Assembly (NCBI GenBank): GCA_045659785.1
Contig: JAZRCM010000002.1
Coordinates: forward strand, 68,196 to 132,195
DNA: 64,000 nucleotides
Reading direction: 5' to 3'
From: Alphaproteobacteria bacterium
Lineage (GTDB): Bacteria; Pseudomonadota; Alphaproteobacteria; RF32; CAG-239
The position numbers and the translations under genes were made by a program. The notes under the pieces were generated by a model that saw only the letters and a program-made list of their open reading frames with translations, did no database searches and had not been told where the DNA came from. Each line of letters begins with the position of its first letter. Within the stretch, counting starts at the first letter, position 1. Shown piece by piece: positions 46,836 to 56,248 of this stretch.

Positions 46836-49253
46836 ATGGCAAAAACATATACACTTAACGACCTTGGTGTTACAATTGATGACTTAATATTGTTGCAAAG
46901 AACAGGGTACGAGTTTGATGAAGATGAAGGTATAACAGAAGAAAAAAGAGAAGAAGTTTTAGCTCGAATTTATGAAGCTAAACAAGCTCAAAAATCAAAA
47001 GAAGCAAAACCTGTTGTTCATGATGTTCCTACTGCAACTCCCGAACAAGCAAAACAAGCAAGATATGATGCCGAACACGGTAAGGAAGTTAGCTTGCAAG
47101 ATATGGCTTCAGTTGTAAAATCTTCAACATTGGTAAGTAATCCGTTGCGTGACCAACTCCCTAACGTTATAAAATCCGCAGTAGAAAAAGACAGCTTGAC
47201 TGCCGAAGAAACTGCTGCTTTAGGTTATTTGCTTGATGAACTTAACGGAAAACATGTAGGGGATAAGAAAAATCCTCACTCTATCCATGAATATAATAAA
47301 CGTTTTGCCGATATGCCGGAATTGTTGGAACAGGCTGATAAAAAATTGAAAGAAGCTTCCGAAAATGTTACTCCCGCCGCAGAAAAAACATATACAAAAG
47401 AAGAAATTGAAGAGTTGTTGACTGCCGGTGAAGTTTATCTTATGAAACCGACTGAAGCTTTTGGAAAAGAAGGCGAAAAAGAAAATGTTGCGGATGCGCA
47501 TAATGACGGATTTGCAGACCATGTAACAAAAATGTCTGCACTCATCAAAGATTATGGCGAAGGCAAAGTTGATGTTGCTCCCGATGCACTTTTAGGTATG
47601 GATAAACTTGTTGCATTATACGGAAAAGAATATGCAAGAGGAAAATTATTTAAAAATGATATGTCCTATGATGTAACACAAGATGCTGCAAATGCAGCAC
47701 AACGTGTAGCTTTTGAAAAGAAATTACACGGCATTAAAACTCCAACTCAACGTTGGGAAGAAGCTAGAAGAAGAAGTCAAGGCATTGAAAACCACGTTAA
47801 AGTTTTAGATGAAATAATTCCCGAATTAGCTGTATCTATTACTTCTGCAAAATCAGAAGATGAAAGGAAACAAGCTATTGAAGAATTTAATAAAAAAATT
47901 AGTATTTCTCTTGATGCAAACGACCTTCCCGCTGAAGTTTTTATGGAAAAAACAAAGGGATATATTGCTCATGAATTAAAAAATAATGAATATGCTGATG
48001 CAGCAAAAATTCTTCTTGATGACAATGGAAATTTAAAAGATGGTTTGATTACATATATCCCGGCTGAAGAAAGAAAACAACAAGCATCTCCTGTTCAAAA
48101 AGAAGAATACAGCAAAGAAGAAATTGCTGAAGCAATGAAGAAGAAACCGGCAGACAGAACTTTGCGTGATTGGATTATTATCAAACATGCTATTCAAAAT
48201 CATCCGACACAATCGGAAGGTCAAAAAGCTTATGCTATAAAGAGCCTTACCGACCAAGCTCGTACATACAAAATGACTGATCCGAAAAAGACAACTGATG
48301 AAGAGCTGAAAGATGCTGACGAATTTATGCAAGAATTCGGTTATGATTATGACAAAAAAGGACGTGCTTCAACTAACCCGATTGCTCGTAAATGGAAAGA
48401 TGCAATTGATAAACGCATAAAAGAACAAGAGCAAGATAGAGGTAGAGGCGGACCTACAATAATTCCTGTTGTTATTCCTCATGGTAATGAAGGCAATGAT
48501 AATCTGGTTGTTCCTTCTGATGATAAGGGGAATGAAAACATAACTCCTTCAGACGACAAGAAGAAAAAAGGACTCTTCGGATGGATTGGAGAAAAAGCTA
48601 AAATAGCATGGGATTGGACTAAACGAAATGCTAAAGAAGTAGCCCTTATCGGAACGGTTGCACTTTTAGGATTGTTAGGTACTAAATCTTGTGAAAACAG
48701 CGAAAAAGATGATGTTAAGAAGGATAATATAGAAAATACCATATCAATGCCGGAAACTACACTTCCTGAGGTGGTTGTAGAAGGGAAAGAAACTTATAAT
48801 AAAGATATGGCTCTTCAATATTGCAAACGCATGGGATTTCAAGAGAATATGTCTGAAGATGATGCTATTGCATCATATCTGATTAGTAGGGCAACTTACG
48901 CCACAGTAAAGGATAAATATGCTTCACATATGGGTATAGATGCACTTTCTATTGATGAACAAATGGCTGTATTAGCAACCGTGCGAGGTAACACTCCTAA
49001 AAATGCTCCGGTTATTGATGCTATATTGAATGCTCGTGAAGTTAGTATACCCCGTGTAGCAAAATTAAAATCCGAAACCGCAAAATTTGTTGTAAAACAA
49101 GAAAACGGAACTATTCAATATCGAAATCCGGAAGATTTCACAAAAGAAACCGGAACTCAAAGTATTGAAGTTAGTAAAGATAAGTTAGCACAACAGGTTG
49201 AAGCGGTAGGTTATGTTGCACAAATGCGAGGAGGCAACCAAGGTAACGGCTAA
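46836..49253 (+). CDS. paralogous-family protein (805 aa) with a single TM helix
   Basis: GAGGGAG SD. N-terminal ~460 aa are homologous to the 1624-aa protein (MAKTYTLNDLGV.., IKDYGEGKVDVAPDA, ERKQAIEEFNKKIS, AAKILLDDNGNLKDGLITYIPAEER). LFGWIGEK motif, then TM VALIGTVALLGLLGT (about 48636-48680). Confidence 0.85.
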   Translation: MAKTYTLNDLGVTIDDLILLQRTGYEFDEDEGITEEKREEVLARIYEAKQAQKSKEAKPVVHDVPTATPEQAKQARYDAEHGKEVSLQDMASVVKSSTLVSNPLRDQLPNVIKSAVEKDSLTAEETAALGYLLDELNGKHVGDKKNPHSIHEYNKRFADMPELLEQADKKLKEASENVTPAAEKTYTKEEIEELLTAGEVYLMKPTEAFGKEGEKENVADAHNDGFADHVTKMSALIKDYGEGKVDVAPDALLGMDKLVALYGKEYARGKLFKNDMSYDVTQDAANAAQRVAFEKKLHGIKTPTQRWEEARRRSQGIENHVKVLDEIIPELAVSITSAKSEDERKQAIEEFNKKISISLDANDLPAEVFMEKTKGYIAHELKNNEYADAAKILLDDNGNLKDGLITYIPAEERKQQASPVQKEEYSKEEIAEAMKKKPADRTLRDWIIIKHAIQNHPTQSEGQKAYAIKSLTDQARTYKMTDPKKTTDEELKDADEFMQEFGYDYDKKGRASTNPIARKWKDAIDKRIKEQEQDRGRGGPTIIPVVIPHGNEGNDNLVVPSDDKGNENITPSDDKKKKGLFGWIGEKAKIAWDWTKRNAKEVALIGTVALLGLLGTKSCENSEKDDVKKDNIENTISMPETTLPEVVVEGKETYNKDMALQYCKRMGFQENMSEDDAIASYLISRATYATVKDKYASHMGIDALSIDEQMAVLATVRGNTPKNAPVIDAILNAREVSIPRVAKLKSETAKFVVKQENGTIQYRNPEDFTKETGTQSIEVSKDKLAQQVEAVGYVAQMRGGNQGNG

Positions 49254-49267
49254 CCATAAACACAGAG

Positions 49268-49298
49268 AAAAGCGGGGAAAACTTTCCCCGCTTTTTTG
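49268..49298. terminator. bidirectional hairpin terminator
   Basis: agcgggga-aaactt-tccccgct with a flanking A-run and T-run, between convergent genes. Confidence 0.75.
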
Positions 49299-49318
49299 TG
49301 CCTTGCTAAATATTTTGA

Positions 49319-50308
49319 TTATTTCAGCTTTGTGATAATTTTATCAGCAATATCTAAATATGCCTTTGCAAATTCACTATCAGGCTCAGCAATAACAATG
49401 GGTTTTCCCTCGTCTGCATGAGTACGAATTTTTATATTAAGCGGAACTTCACCTAAGAAATCGACCTCAATTTTCTTTGCTGTATCTTGAGCACCGTGTT
49501 CTCCGAATACATATTCCTTATGTCCGCATTTTTCACAAAGATGATAGCTCATATTTTCAACCACACCCAAAATCGGAACATTTACGGCTTTGAACATATT
49601 TACACCTTTAACCGCATCTATCAACGCAATATCCTGCGGAGTAGAAACAATAACCGCACCATTAAGTCTGACTTGTTGAGATAAAGTTATTTGAATATCT
49701 CCAGTTCCCGGAGGCATATCTATAACCATAATATCAATTTCGCCCCAGTTTACGTCACTTAACAGTTGTTGCAATGCTCCGCAAGCTTTCGGACCTCTCC
49801 AAATCAGTGGTGTATCTCGAGAAACAAGAGTTCCGATAGACATACTCTTAATCCCCATAACATCAAAAGGCTCAAAGGTTTGACCATCATAAGAAACAGG
49901 AACAACACCTTCATATCCGAGCATTGTCGGAATTGACGGACCATAAATATCAGCATCGAATAAAGCAACTTTTTGTCCTTGTCTTTTCAGAGCAAGTGCA
50001 ATATTAACGGCTGTTGTCGATTTTCCGACACCGCCCTTACCTGAAGCAACCGCTATAATTTTCTTAACACCTCTGATTTTCCAGTGTTTATCTGCTTCAC
50101 TGTCTTTTGTTGCCGTATATACAACAGAAACCTTTTCAACTCCGTCAAGGGTTAATAATTCTTGTTTTAAGCTCTCTGATTTTTGAGCATCTTCCGGTAT
50201 ATTTATCAGTGTTACAATAGCTCTTCCCTTAAATAAGTTGACACTTTCTATATATTCCGATGCAAAATATTTTTCCGCAACTGCCTTAATTACAGCATTA
50301 TCTGTCAT
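49319..50308 (-). CDS. apbC: Fe-S cluster carrier ATPase ApbC/Mrp
   Basis: 329 aa. Deviant Walker A ASGKGGVGKSTTAVN, DMPPGTGD, and CxxC (CEKCGH). Confidence 0.9.
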   Translation of the reverse strand: MTDNAVIKAVAEKYFASEYIESVNLFKGRAIVTLINIPEDAQKSESLKQELLTLDGVEKVSVVYTATKDSEADKHWKIRGVKKIIAVASGKGGVGKSTTAVNIALALKRQGQKVALFDADIYGPSIPTMLGYEGVVPVSYDGQTFEPFDVMGIKSMSIGTLVSRDTPLIWRGPKACGALQQLLSDVNWGEIDIMVIDMPPGTGDIQITLSQQVRLNGAVIVSTPQDIALIDAVKGVNMFKAVNVPILGVVENMSYHLCEKCGHKEYVFGEHGAQDTAKKIEVDFLGEVPLNIKIRTHADEGKPIVIAEPDSEFAKAYLDIADKIITKLK

Positions 50309-50411
50309 ATTAAACCTCCTGTTGATATTATGACATCGCTAATTGTTTTTAGAATGTTTATAATATATATTGAAGCAATGCAATAAAATAAACTGTAATG
50401 AGGTAAAAAAT

Positions 50412-51437
50412 ATGGCAAATATGAAAAATCCGTGGGATAATGAAAATATTGAAAATCCTTGGGATAACAAGGAACCGGAAAAAATAATCAAATTTCAAAA
50501 GATAAAAAAGACACAAAAGCCGAACCTTAATATTCGTCCGGCTTGGTGGATACTTATTGTTATTGCTTTGTGGTTAGCTACCGGTTTTTATCAGGTTCAA
50601 ACCAACGAAAACGGTGTTGTCCTTCGTTTTGGAAAATATGTAGATACTACAGCCCCCGGACTTCATTATCACCTGCCCTACCCGATTGAAGAGGTTATTA
50701 AAGTCAGTATGACTCAAGAAAGAAGTATAAATCTGGGTGGTAACGATACCTCAGCACACAACTATCGTGATAATGCATTTACCGAAACTCATATGCTCAC
50801 CGGTGATGAAAATATCGTAGATATTAACCTCACTGTAGTTTGGCGTATTAAAAACGCAAACGATTTCTTGTTTAATATGAGAAGTCCGGAAGAAACCGTG
50901 CGTGTTGCTGCACAATCAGTTCTTCGTGAAATTGTCGGACAATCAGAGATGATGCCTATCATTTCCGGCGACCGTGGTAAAGTTGAAGATGATACAAAAT
51001 CAGAATTGCAAAAAGTTCTTGACGATTTCGGTTCAGGTGTTGAAATCGTGCGTGTAAAATTGCAAAAAGCAGACCCTCCTAAACAAGTGGTAGATGCTTT
51101 TAACGAGGTTCAACGCGCTAAAGCTGATATGGAAAGATTTAAAAACGAAGCAGAAGCTTATCGTAACGAAGTTGTTCCTAATGCTCATGGTCAAGCTTCA
51201 CAAATTTTACAAAGCGCAGAAGCTTATAATCAGGCCGTTGTAAATAAGGCAACCGGTGAAGCTGACAGATTTAATTCCGTTTATAAAGCATATAAAAAAG
51301 GTAAAGATGTAACAATTCGCAGACTCTATTTGGAAACAATGGAAGAAGTTTTGAAAAAGTCTGATAAAGTCATTGTTGACCCTTCGACTAAAGGTTCTAA
51401 CGTTTTACCGATTTTACCATTGAATACAGTTAAATAA
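50412..51437 (+). CDS. hflK: FtsH protease modulator HflK
   Basis: SPFH/band-7 domain after one TM helix. GAGGTAA SD before ATG 50412. Followed by hflC. Confidence 0.85.
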   Translation: MANMKNPWDNENIENPWDNKEPEKIIKFQKIKKTQKPNLNIRPAWWILIVIALWLATGFYQVQTNENGVVLRFGKYVDTTAPGLHYHLPYPIEEVIKVSMTQERSINLGGNDTSAHNYRDNAFTETHMLTGDENIVDINLTVVWRIKNANDFLFNMRSPEETVRVAAQSVLREIVGQSEMMPIISGDRGKVEDDTKSELQKVLDDFGSGVEIVRVKLQKADPPKQVVDAFNEVQRAKADMERFKNEAEAYRNEVVPNAHGQASQILQSAEAYNQAVVNKATGEADRFNSVYKAYKKGKDVTIRRLYLETMEEVLKKSDKVIVDPSTKGSNVLPILPLNTVK

Positions 51438-51450
51438 GAGGAGTACAAAA

Positions 51451-52317
51451 ATGAACGATAAAACAAAAATATTTTTAAGCAGTATTGCTCTTTTAGTTGT
51501 ATTTTTAATTTCAACCAGCGTTTATATTGTAAATCAGGCAGAACAAGCTATTGTTTTACAATTTGGCCGTCCGGTAAGATTAGTTCAAGAACCGGGACTA
51601 AAATTCAAAATGCCGTTTATCCAAAATGTCGTATTTTATGATACTCGTTTGCTTAACTTAGACCCTCCTGCACAAGAGGTTGTTCTTAATGATAAAAAAC
51701 GTTTGGATGTGGACAGCTTTACTCGTTATAAGATTGTTGACCCGATTAAATTTTATGCAACAGTCAGAACGGAATATCAAGCTCAAAGCAAATTAGCGGA
51801 AATCGTAAATTCGTCTATCCGCAAAATCTTGGGTAGAAGCACTTTGCAGGAATTGTTATCTGAAAAAAGAACCAAAATTATGGAAGATATAAGTGCTGCA
51901 GTTAAAGTTGATGCAACACAAATCGGTGTAAGTGTAGCTGATGTTCGTATTCGTCGAGCAGATTTGCCTTTAGAAGTGTTACAAGCAATCAATGCTCGTA
52001 TGAAAACAGAACGAGAAAGAGAAGCTAAAGAATTTAGAGCTCAAGGAAGCCAAGAAGCACAAAAAATTAAAGCAAGTGCCGATAAAGAAAAAACCATAAT
52101 TTTGGCAAATGCCGAAAAGCAAGCTCAAATTATTCGTGGTCAAGGCGATGAGAAGGCTATTGAAATATGGAACAATGCTGCCGGAAAAGATATTGCTTTC
52201 TTTAATTTTTATCGCTCATTGGAAGCTTATAAAAATGCTTTGGCTAATGGTAATTCTTCTATGGTATTATCTCCGGAAAGTGACTTTTTTCAATTTTTCA
52301 GAAAGGCTATGAAGTAA
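51451..52317 (+). CDS. hflC: FtsH protease modulator HflC
   Basis: 288 aa. N-terminal TM helix plus an SPFH domain. GAGGAG SD. Confidence 0.85.
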   Translation: MNDKTKIFLSSIALLVVFLISTSVYIVNQAEQAIVLQFGRPVRLVQEPGLKFKMPFIQNVVFYDTRLLNLDPPAQEVVLNDKKRLDVDSFTRYKIVDPIKFYATVRTEYQAQSKLAEIVNSSIRKILGRSTLQELLSEKRTKIMEDISAAVKVDATQIGVSVADVRIRRADLPLEVLQAINARMKTEREREAKEFRAQGSQEAQKIKASADKEKTIILANAEKQAQIIRGQGDEKAIEIWNNAAGKDIAFFNFYRSLEAYKNALANGNSSMVLSPESDFFQFFRKAMK

Positions 52318-52321
52318 AAAG

Positions 52322-53752
52322 ATGCTAAAAAAAATCTGTTATATATTATCAATACTATTGCTTTCTAACTCTGCAAATGCTCAATACGGTTTTCCATCTT
52401 TTGCGGATTTGGCTGAAAGATTGCTTCCGACAGTTGTAAATATTTCAACAATTCAACAAACGGAAAAATTAGATATTGCTATCCCCGAAGGAGCTAACGG
52501 AGAAGCTGCGGCAGCGCAAGCCGGAATTTCCCCTGAAGCTGCTGATTATATTGAAACAGAAAGCAATTTACGACAAGCTTTAGGCTCCGGTTTTATCATT
52601 GATGAACAAGGATATATTATCACTAACTATCATGTTATAGAAAATGCAAGTTCCATTAATGTAGTATTGTTTGATAATACCGAGGTTGAAGCAGAAATCA
52701 TCGGTGGAGATGAAAAAACAGATTTAGCATTAATAAAAATTGAACCTCCGTTTGAACTGAAAAAAGTAGTATTCGGTAACTCTGATGATTTAAGAATCGG
52801 CGATTGGGTTCTTTCTATCGGAAATCCTTTCGGTCTGGGCGGAAGTGTAAGTGCAGGTATTGTTTCGGCAAAATCAAGAGACATTGCAGCAGGACCTTAT
52901 GATAATTTTATTCAAACCGATGCTTCTATCAATCAAGGAAGTTCAGGCGGTCCGATGTTTAATATGAATGGTGAAGTGATAGGTATTAATACCGCTCTGT
53001 TTTCTACTACCGGGGCCAGTATGGGGGTTGGTTTTGCAATCCCTATTAATACAGCGGGATGGATTGCCGGTCAGCTAGAACAAAACGGAAAAGTAAAACG
53101 CGGATGGATAGGAGTAAGAATACAACCGGTAACAAAAGATATTGCCAAAGCAATTAACCTTAACGATGTTCACGGAGTAGTTATATCCGAAGTTAGTGAA
53201 GACAGTCCGGCAGCAAAGGTAGGATTGACAGTCGGAGATGTTATTCTTAATATAGAAAAGGCAGAAATTAATAATCCGAAAGACTTTTCAAGAATGATTG
53301 CAGAAAGTAAAATCGGCAAAGAAATCACTTTACTGGTTTGGAAAAATCAGCAACTTGAAACCGTTAATATTATGATTAAAGAAATGCCTGCGGCTCCATC
53401 TTTGGTCAAACCGCAAAACCCCGATGAGATGGATGATAATGATAAAATTTCTCATGAAATAGGTATAAAACTATTGGAAATTTCTCCGGAAATATTGGAT
53501 ATATTTGAACTTTCTTCTTCAACATTAGGACTTGTGGTTGAAGGTGTTGAAGCTAATTCTGATGCAGCATTGCAAGGTATCAAGAAAGGTGATGTAATCA
53601 CCCAAATTGACAATAAAGATGTGCTTACAACCGATGCTGCCATTAACTATATAAGAGAAGCAAGACGAGCTAAACAACCGGTTAAATTGACTATCCAAAA
53701 CCAAGAAGAAGGAACCATGGGAACTGTTACCGTAAGGTTGAAAAAACGATGA
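52322..53752 (+). CDS. degP: periplasmic serine endoprotease DegP/HtrA (two PDZ domains)
   Basis: 476 aa. Signal peptide, catalytic triad contexts (TNYHV, DLALIK, GSSGGPM), and two PDZ segments. Confidence 0.9.
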   Translation: MLKKICYILSILLLSNSANAQYGFPSFADLAERLLPTVVNISTIQQTEKLDIAIPEGANGEAAAAQAGISPEAADYIETESNLRQALGSGFIIDEQGYIITNYHVIENASSINVVLFDNTEVEAEIIGGDEKTDLALIKIEPPFELKKVVFGNSDDLRIGDWVLSIGNPFGLGGSVSAGIVSAKSRDIAAGPYDNFIQTDASINQGSSGGPMFNMNGEVIGINTALFSTTGASMGVGFAIPINTAGWIAGQLEQNGKVKRGWIGVRIQPVTKDIAKAINLNDVHGVVISEVSEDSPAAKVGLTVGDVILNIEKAEINNPKDFSRMIAESKIGKEITLLVWKNQQLETVNIMIKEMPAAPSLVKPQNPDEMDDNDKISHEIGIKLLEISPEILDIFELSSSTLGLVVEGVEANSDAALQGIKKGDVITQIDNKDVLTTDAAINYIREARRAKQPVKLTIQNQEEGTMGTVTVRLKKR

Positions 53753-54204
53753 GCAGAGTTGACTTTTATCATTTACAAAATAAACGTTTAGAAGATGTTT
53801 TGCCCAAACTTCTTGAAAAAGTTTATGCGATAAATAAACGCGCTGTCGTAAGAATTGGTAATAACGAACGTGTAGATTTTTTGAACAGTTTGCTCTGGAC
53901 GTATGATGAACAGTCATTTTTACCGCACGGAAGCAAAAAAGACGGTATGTCAGAAATGCAACCGATATGGCTTACCTCCGAAAATGACAATCCGAATGAA
54001 GCTGAGTTTTTGTTTTTGGTGGATGGTGCGGAGGCAACAGTTGAAGAAGTGCAAAAATATGAAAGAATTTTTAATATCTTTGACGGTAATTCTGCGGAAA
54101 GCTTAAATAAGGCTCGTGCATTTTGGAAAGAACTCAAACAACAGTCCGTTGATATATTTTATTGGCAACAAAATCAAGCAGGAACATGGGAACAAAAAGG
54201 ATAA
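53749..54204 (+). CDS. holC: DNA polymerase III chi subunit
   Basis: 151 aa. VDFYHL...LLWTYDEQSFLPHG chi signature. ATGA start/stop overlap with degP. Confidence 0.8.
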   Translation: MSRVDFYHLQNKRLEDVLPKLLEKVYAINKRAVVRIGNNERVDFLNSLLWTYDEQSFLPHGSKKDGMSEMQPIWLTSENDNPNEAEFLFLVDGAEATVEEVQKYERIFNIFDGNSAESLNKARAFWKELKQQSVDIFYWQQNQAGTWEQKG

Positions 54205-54208
54205 ACAA

Positions 54209-54838
54209 ATGGATACCGACTTCCTAAAAAAGAATAATTTGGCAGAAATAAAAAATAGCGAATATTTTATCGTTGATATGATGTATGCTGTTCCTGAAAA
54301 TATTACATCACATCCGGTATATGAAGAAGTCGGTTTCGGAAATAAGGCTTATGCGCATATTGATGTTGTTAACAGATTAGATAAAATTACCGAAGTGTTG
54401 CAAAAATTAAATCTCAAAATAAGAATAAGAGATGCTTATCGTCCTCCTGTTGCTCATCAAAGATGTCTTGATTTAATTCCGGTTAAGGGAGTATTTGCCT
54501 CAAAACCGGAAAATTCATTACACTGCTATGGTGTAGCTATCGATTGTTGCCTTACCGATATGAGAGGAAATAATTTAAAATTTCCTACCGAAATTGATGC
54601 TTATGATAAAAAATATGCACGTCAAATTGCATTCGGTAAAACTGATGAATATTATAAACATTTTGAAAAGGCATCGATTAATTTTTATAGTCCAAAAATG
54701 TTTGAAGAAATTAAAAATAGAGAGTTATTACAAAAAATTATGCGAGATTGCGGATTTGAGGGCATTACTTCTGAATGGTGGCATTTTCAAATTCCAAACG
54801 GAAAAGAAAAATATAAATTAATTGAATGGAATGACTAA
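54209..54838 (+). CDS. D-alanyl-D-alanine dipeptidase (peptidase M15D, VanX/DdpX family)
   Basis: ATG 54209. IRDAYRP, SLHCYGVAIDC (H-x6-D zinc ligands) and SEWWHF (E..H) motifs. Confidence 0.75.
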   Translation: MDTDFLKKNNLAEIKNSEYFIVDMMYAVPENITSHPVYEEVGFGNKAYAHIDVVNRLDKITEVLQKLNLKIRIRDAYRPPVAHQRCLDLIPVKGVFASKPENSLHCYGVAIDCCLTDMRGNNLKFPTEIDAYDKKYARQIAFGKTDEYYKHFEKASINFYSPKMFEEIKNRELLQKIMRDCGFEGITSEWWHFQIPNGKEKYKLIEWND

Positions 54839-55285
54839 ATGATAGTACAAATTTTGCTTATCGCTTTGTTAATTGCGGCTATATTTTGGGTAGATAACCC
54901 CAAAATATACAAGAGTCTTTTTATTGTTCTGAACATTTTGTTACTGACCTTAATTTATAATACTTTTATCATATATACTGCCGATTTTGAACAATCACCA
55001 TGGTATGAAAACGGTAAAATTTCATATATGGCTGTTGTTCTTGAAGTTTTGTGGTTGTTGGGAATAAATGTTATTTTCGCCCTTTTAAGAAAAAAAATAT
55101 TTATAAGTGCCGATTTATTATCTATACCCTTTTTAGCAGCTCTTGTGATGGGCGGGTATCTGATATTTTATCTTAATCCTCCCTACTGGTTTTGTGTTAG
55201 CGGTGCTATCATAAGTTTGGTGCTTTTTATCAGCATATTAGTTTTATTTATCAAAAATTTTGATAAAACAATAAGAGGAAAATAA
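54839..55285 (+). CDS. hypothetical membrane protein (148 aa, 4 TM)
   Basis: ORF starts directly after the preceding stop. Hydrophobic throughout. Hairpin terminator at 55286-55322. Confidence 0.55.
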   Translation: MIVQILLIALLIAAIFWVDNPKIYKSLFIVLNILLLTLIYNTFIIYTADFEQSPWYENGKISYMAVVLEVLWLLGINVIFALLRKKIFISADLLSIPFLAALVMGGYLIFYLNPPYWFCVSGAIISLVLFISILVLFIKNFDKTIRGK

Positions 55286-55337
55286 AAAAATCCCGTGGCC
55301 TACATAAGCGACGGGATTTTTAGCAAAGTCAGGCAGT

Positions 55338-55751
55338 TTAAAGTTCTACAAAACCTCCTCCTTTTTTGTAAACAATGAGTTTTTTGCCCTTATACACTTT
55401 TTCGTTTCTCTTGTACTTATTAGATTTGAAATAAGTAAGAATGAGAAACAAAATGCTAAGTATGGCACCTCCAATCCAAAAACCGATAAATGAATCCGGA
55501 GAAAAGGTAAAGCAAATCAGACCTATTGTCATATACACAACCAATCCTGTACAGAAAACAAAACATTGTCTGATATAATTCTGCATATCTTTTTGATTGG
55601 TAATAAAAGACATTGCCTCTTTTTCCGAAGGACTAAAGATTACACTGTCTTTATAAACAGTCTGAATGTGAAGTCCTACCTCTTTCGGAGTGTTGTTGAA
55701 CCTAATCTGAAAAGCTGCTACTGCCTTGTCAATTAAACTTTGTTTTTCCAT
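55338..55751 (-). CDS. hypothetical membrane protein (137 aa from ATG 55751)
   Basis: ORF with a soluble N-terminal half and two TM helices. An upstream GTG extension to 55796 is possible. Confidence 0.5.
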   Translation of the reverse strand: MEKQSLIDKAVAAFQIRFNNTPKEVGLHIQTVYKDSVIFSPSEKEAMSFITNQKDMQNYIRQCFVFCTGLVVYMTIGLICFTFSPDSFIGFWIGGAILSILFLILTYFKSNKYKRNEKVYKGKKLIVYKKGGGFVEL

Positions 55752-55837
55752 AAACTGCGATGATTTAATTAAATTAATAATAAAATTCAAGAGCACAAGA
55801 GTATCATAATTTTATATTAATACAAGTTATTTTTTGC

Positions 55838-55866
55838 TTGCAATTTATTGTTTTGAGATATATAGA
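55838..55866 (+). promoter_or_regulatory. candidate promoter upstream of the tRNA-Pro fragment and tRNA-Pro
   Basis: TTGCAA (55838-55843), 17 nt spacer, TATAGA (55861-55866). The predicted transcription start site (TSS) lies a few nt before the fragment start at 55877. Confidence 0.4.
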
Positions 55867-55876
55867 AGTAACTATT

Positions 55877-55921
55877 CGGGACGTAGTTCAGCCTGGGTTC
55901 TGCGCTTGCATGGGGCTGAAG
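55877..55921 (+). pseudogene. decayed 5' two-thirds copy of tRNA-Pro(GGG)
   Basis: cgggacgtagttcagcctgg (20/20) and gcgcttgcatgggg (14/14) are identical to the intact gene at 56116. The D-stem 3' strand is destroyed (gttct instead of tagag... ) and the T-arm is absent. Confidence 0.75.
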
Positions 55922-56115
55922 TTATAAAAAGTCTTTAGTAAAGAGTTTTTACAACTTCAGAATATAAATCGTTGCAGAGCTTGTGAACGACAGAGAACAA
56001 AAGTGATGCTTATGATTTGTTTGACCGAAGCAAAGTTAGTTTTGCAATCAAATGCAAAACTTACGGAGCAAGACAAGAAGTCGCGACTTCTTGCACTGAT
56101 TATTATAACGGAACT

Positions 56116-56192
56116 CGGGACGTAGTTCAGCCTGGTAGAGCGCTTGCATGGGGTGCAAGAAGTCGCTGGTTCGAATCCAGTCGTCCCGACCA
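56116..56192 (+). tRNA. tRNA-Pro (anticodon GGG)
   Basis: Hand-folded 77 nt. Acceptor CGGGACG/CGTCCCG with C1-G72 and A73 (Pro identity features). Anticodon arm CTTGC-ATGGGGT-GCAAG with G37. T-loop TTCGAAT. Encoded CCA. Confidence 0.9.
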
Positions 56193-56203
56193 CAAAAATA
56201 ACA

Positions 56204-56232
56204 AAAAGCCGTCAGATTTGACGGCTTTTTAT
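56204..56232. terminator. bidirectional hairpin terminator
   Basis: aagccgtca-gatt-tgacggctt with an A-run and a T-run, between tRNA-Pro and the convergent 56249 gene. Confidence 0.75.
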
Positions 56233-56248
56233 TATTAAAACTTTATTT

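Noticed and set aside
55877-56192. Idea that the upstream tRNA-Pro half plus the spacer is a group I intron-split tRNA gene, as in some alphaproteobacterial and cyanobacterial tRNAs.
   Set aside because: The upstream copy has a destroyed D-arm. No matching 3' exon (T-arm and acceptor) follows the spacer other than the complete, independently folding tRNA gene. I see no P7/P3-type conserved group I cores.
55957-56238. Track ORFs 55957-56193 (-) and 56017-56238 (+).
   Set aside because: Both overlap the tRNA-Pro gene and its structured upstream spacer. No SD, and the translations are implausible.
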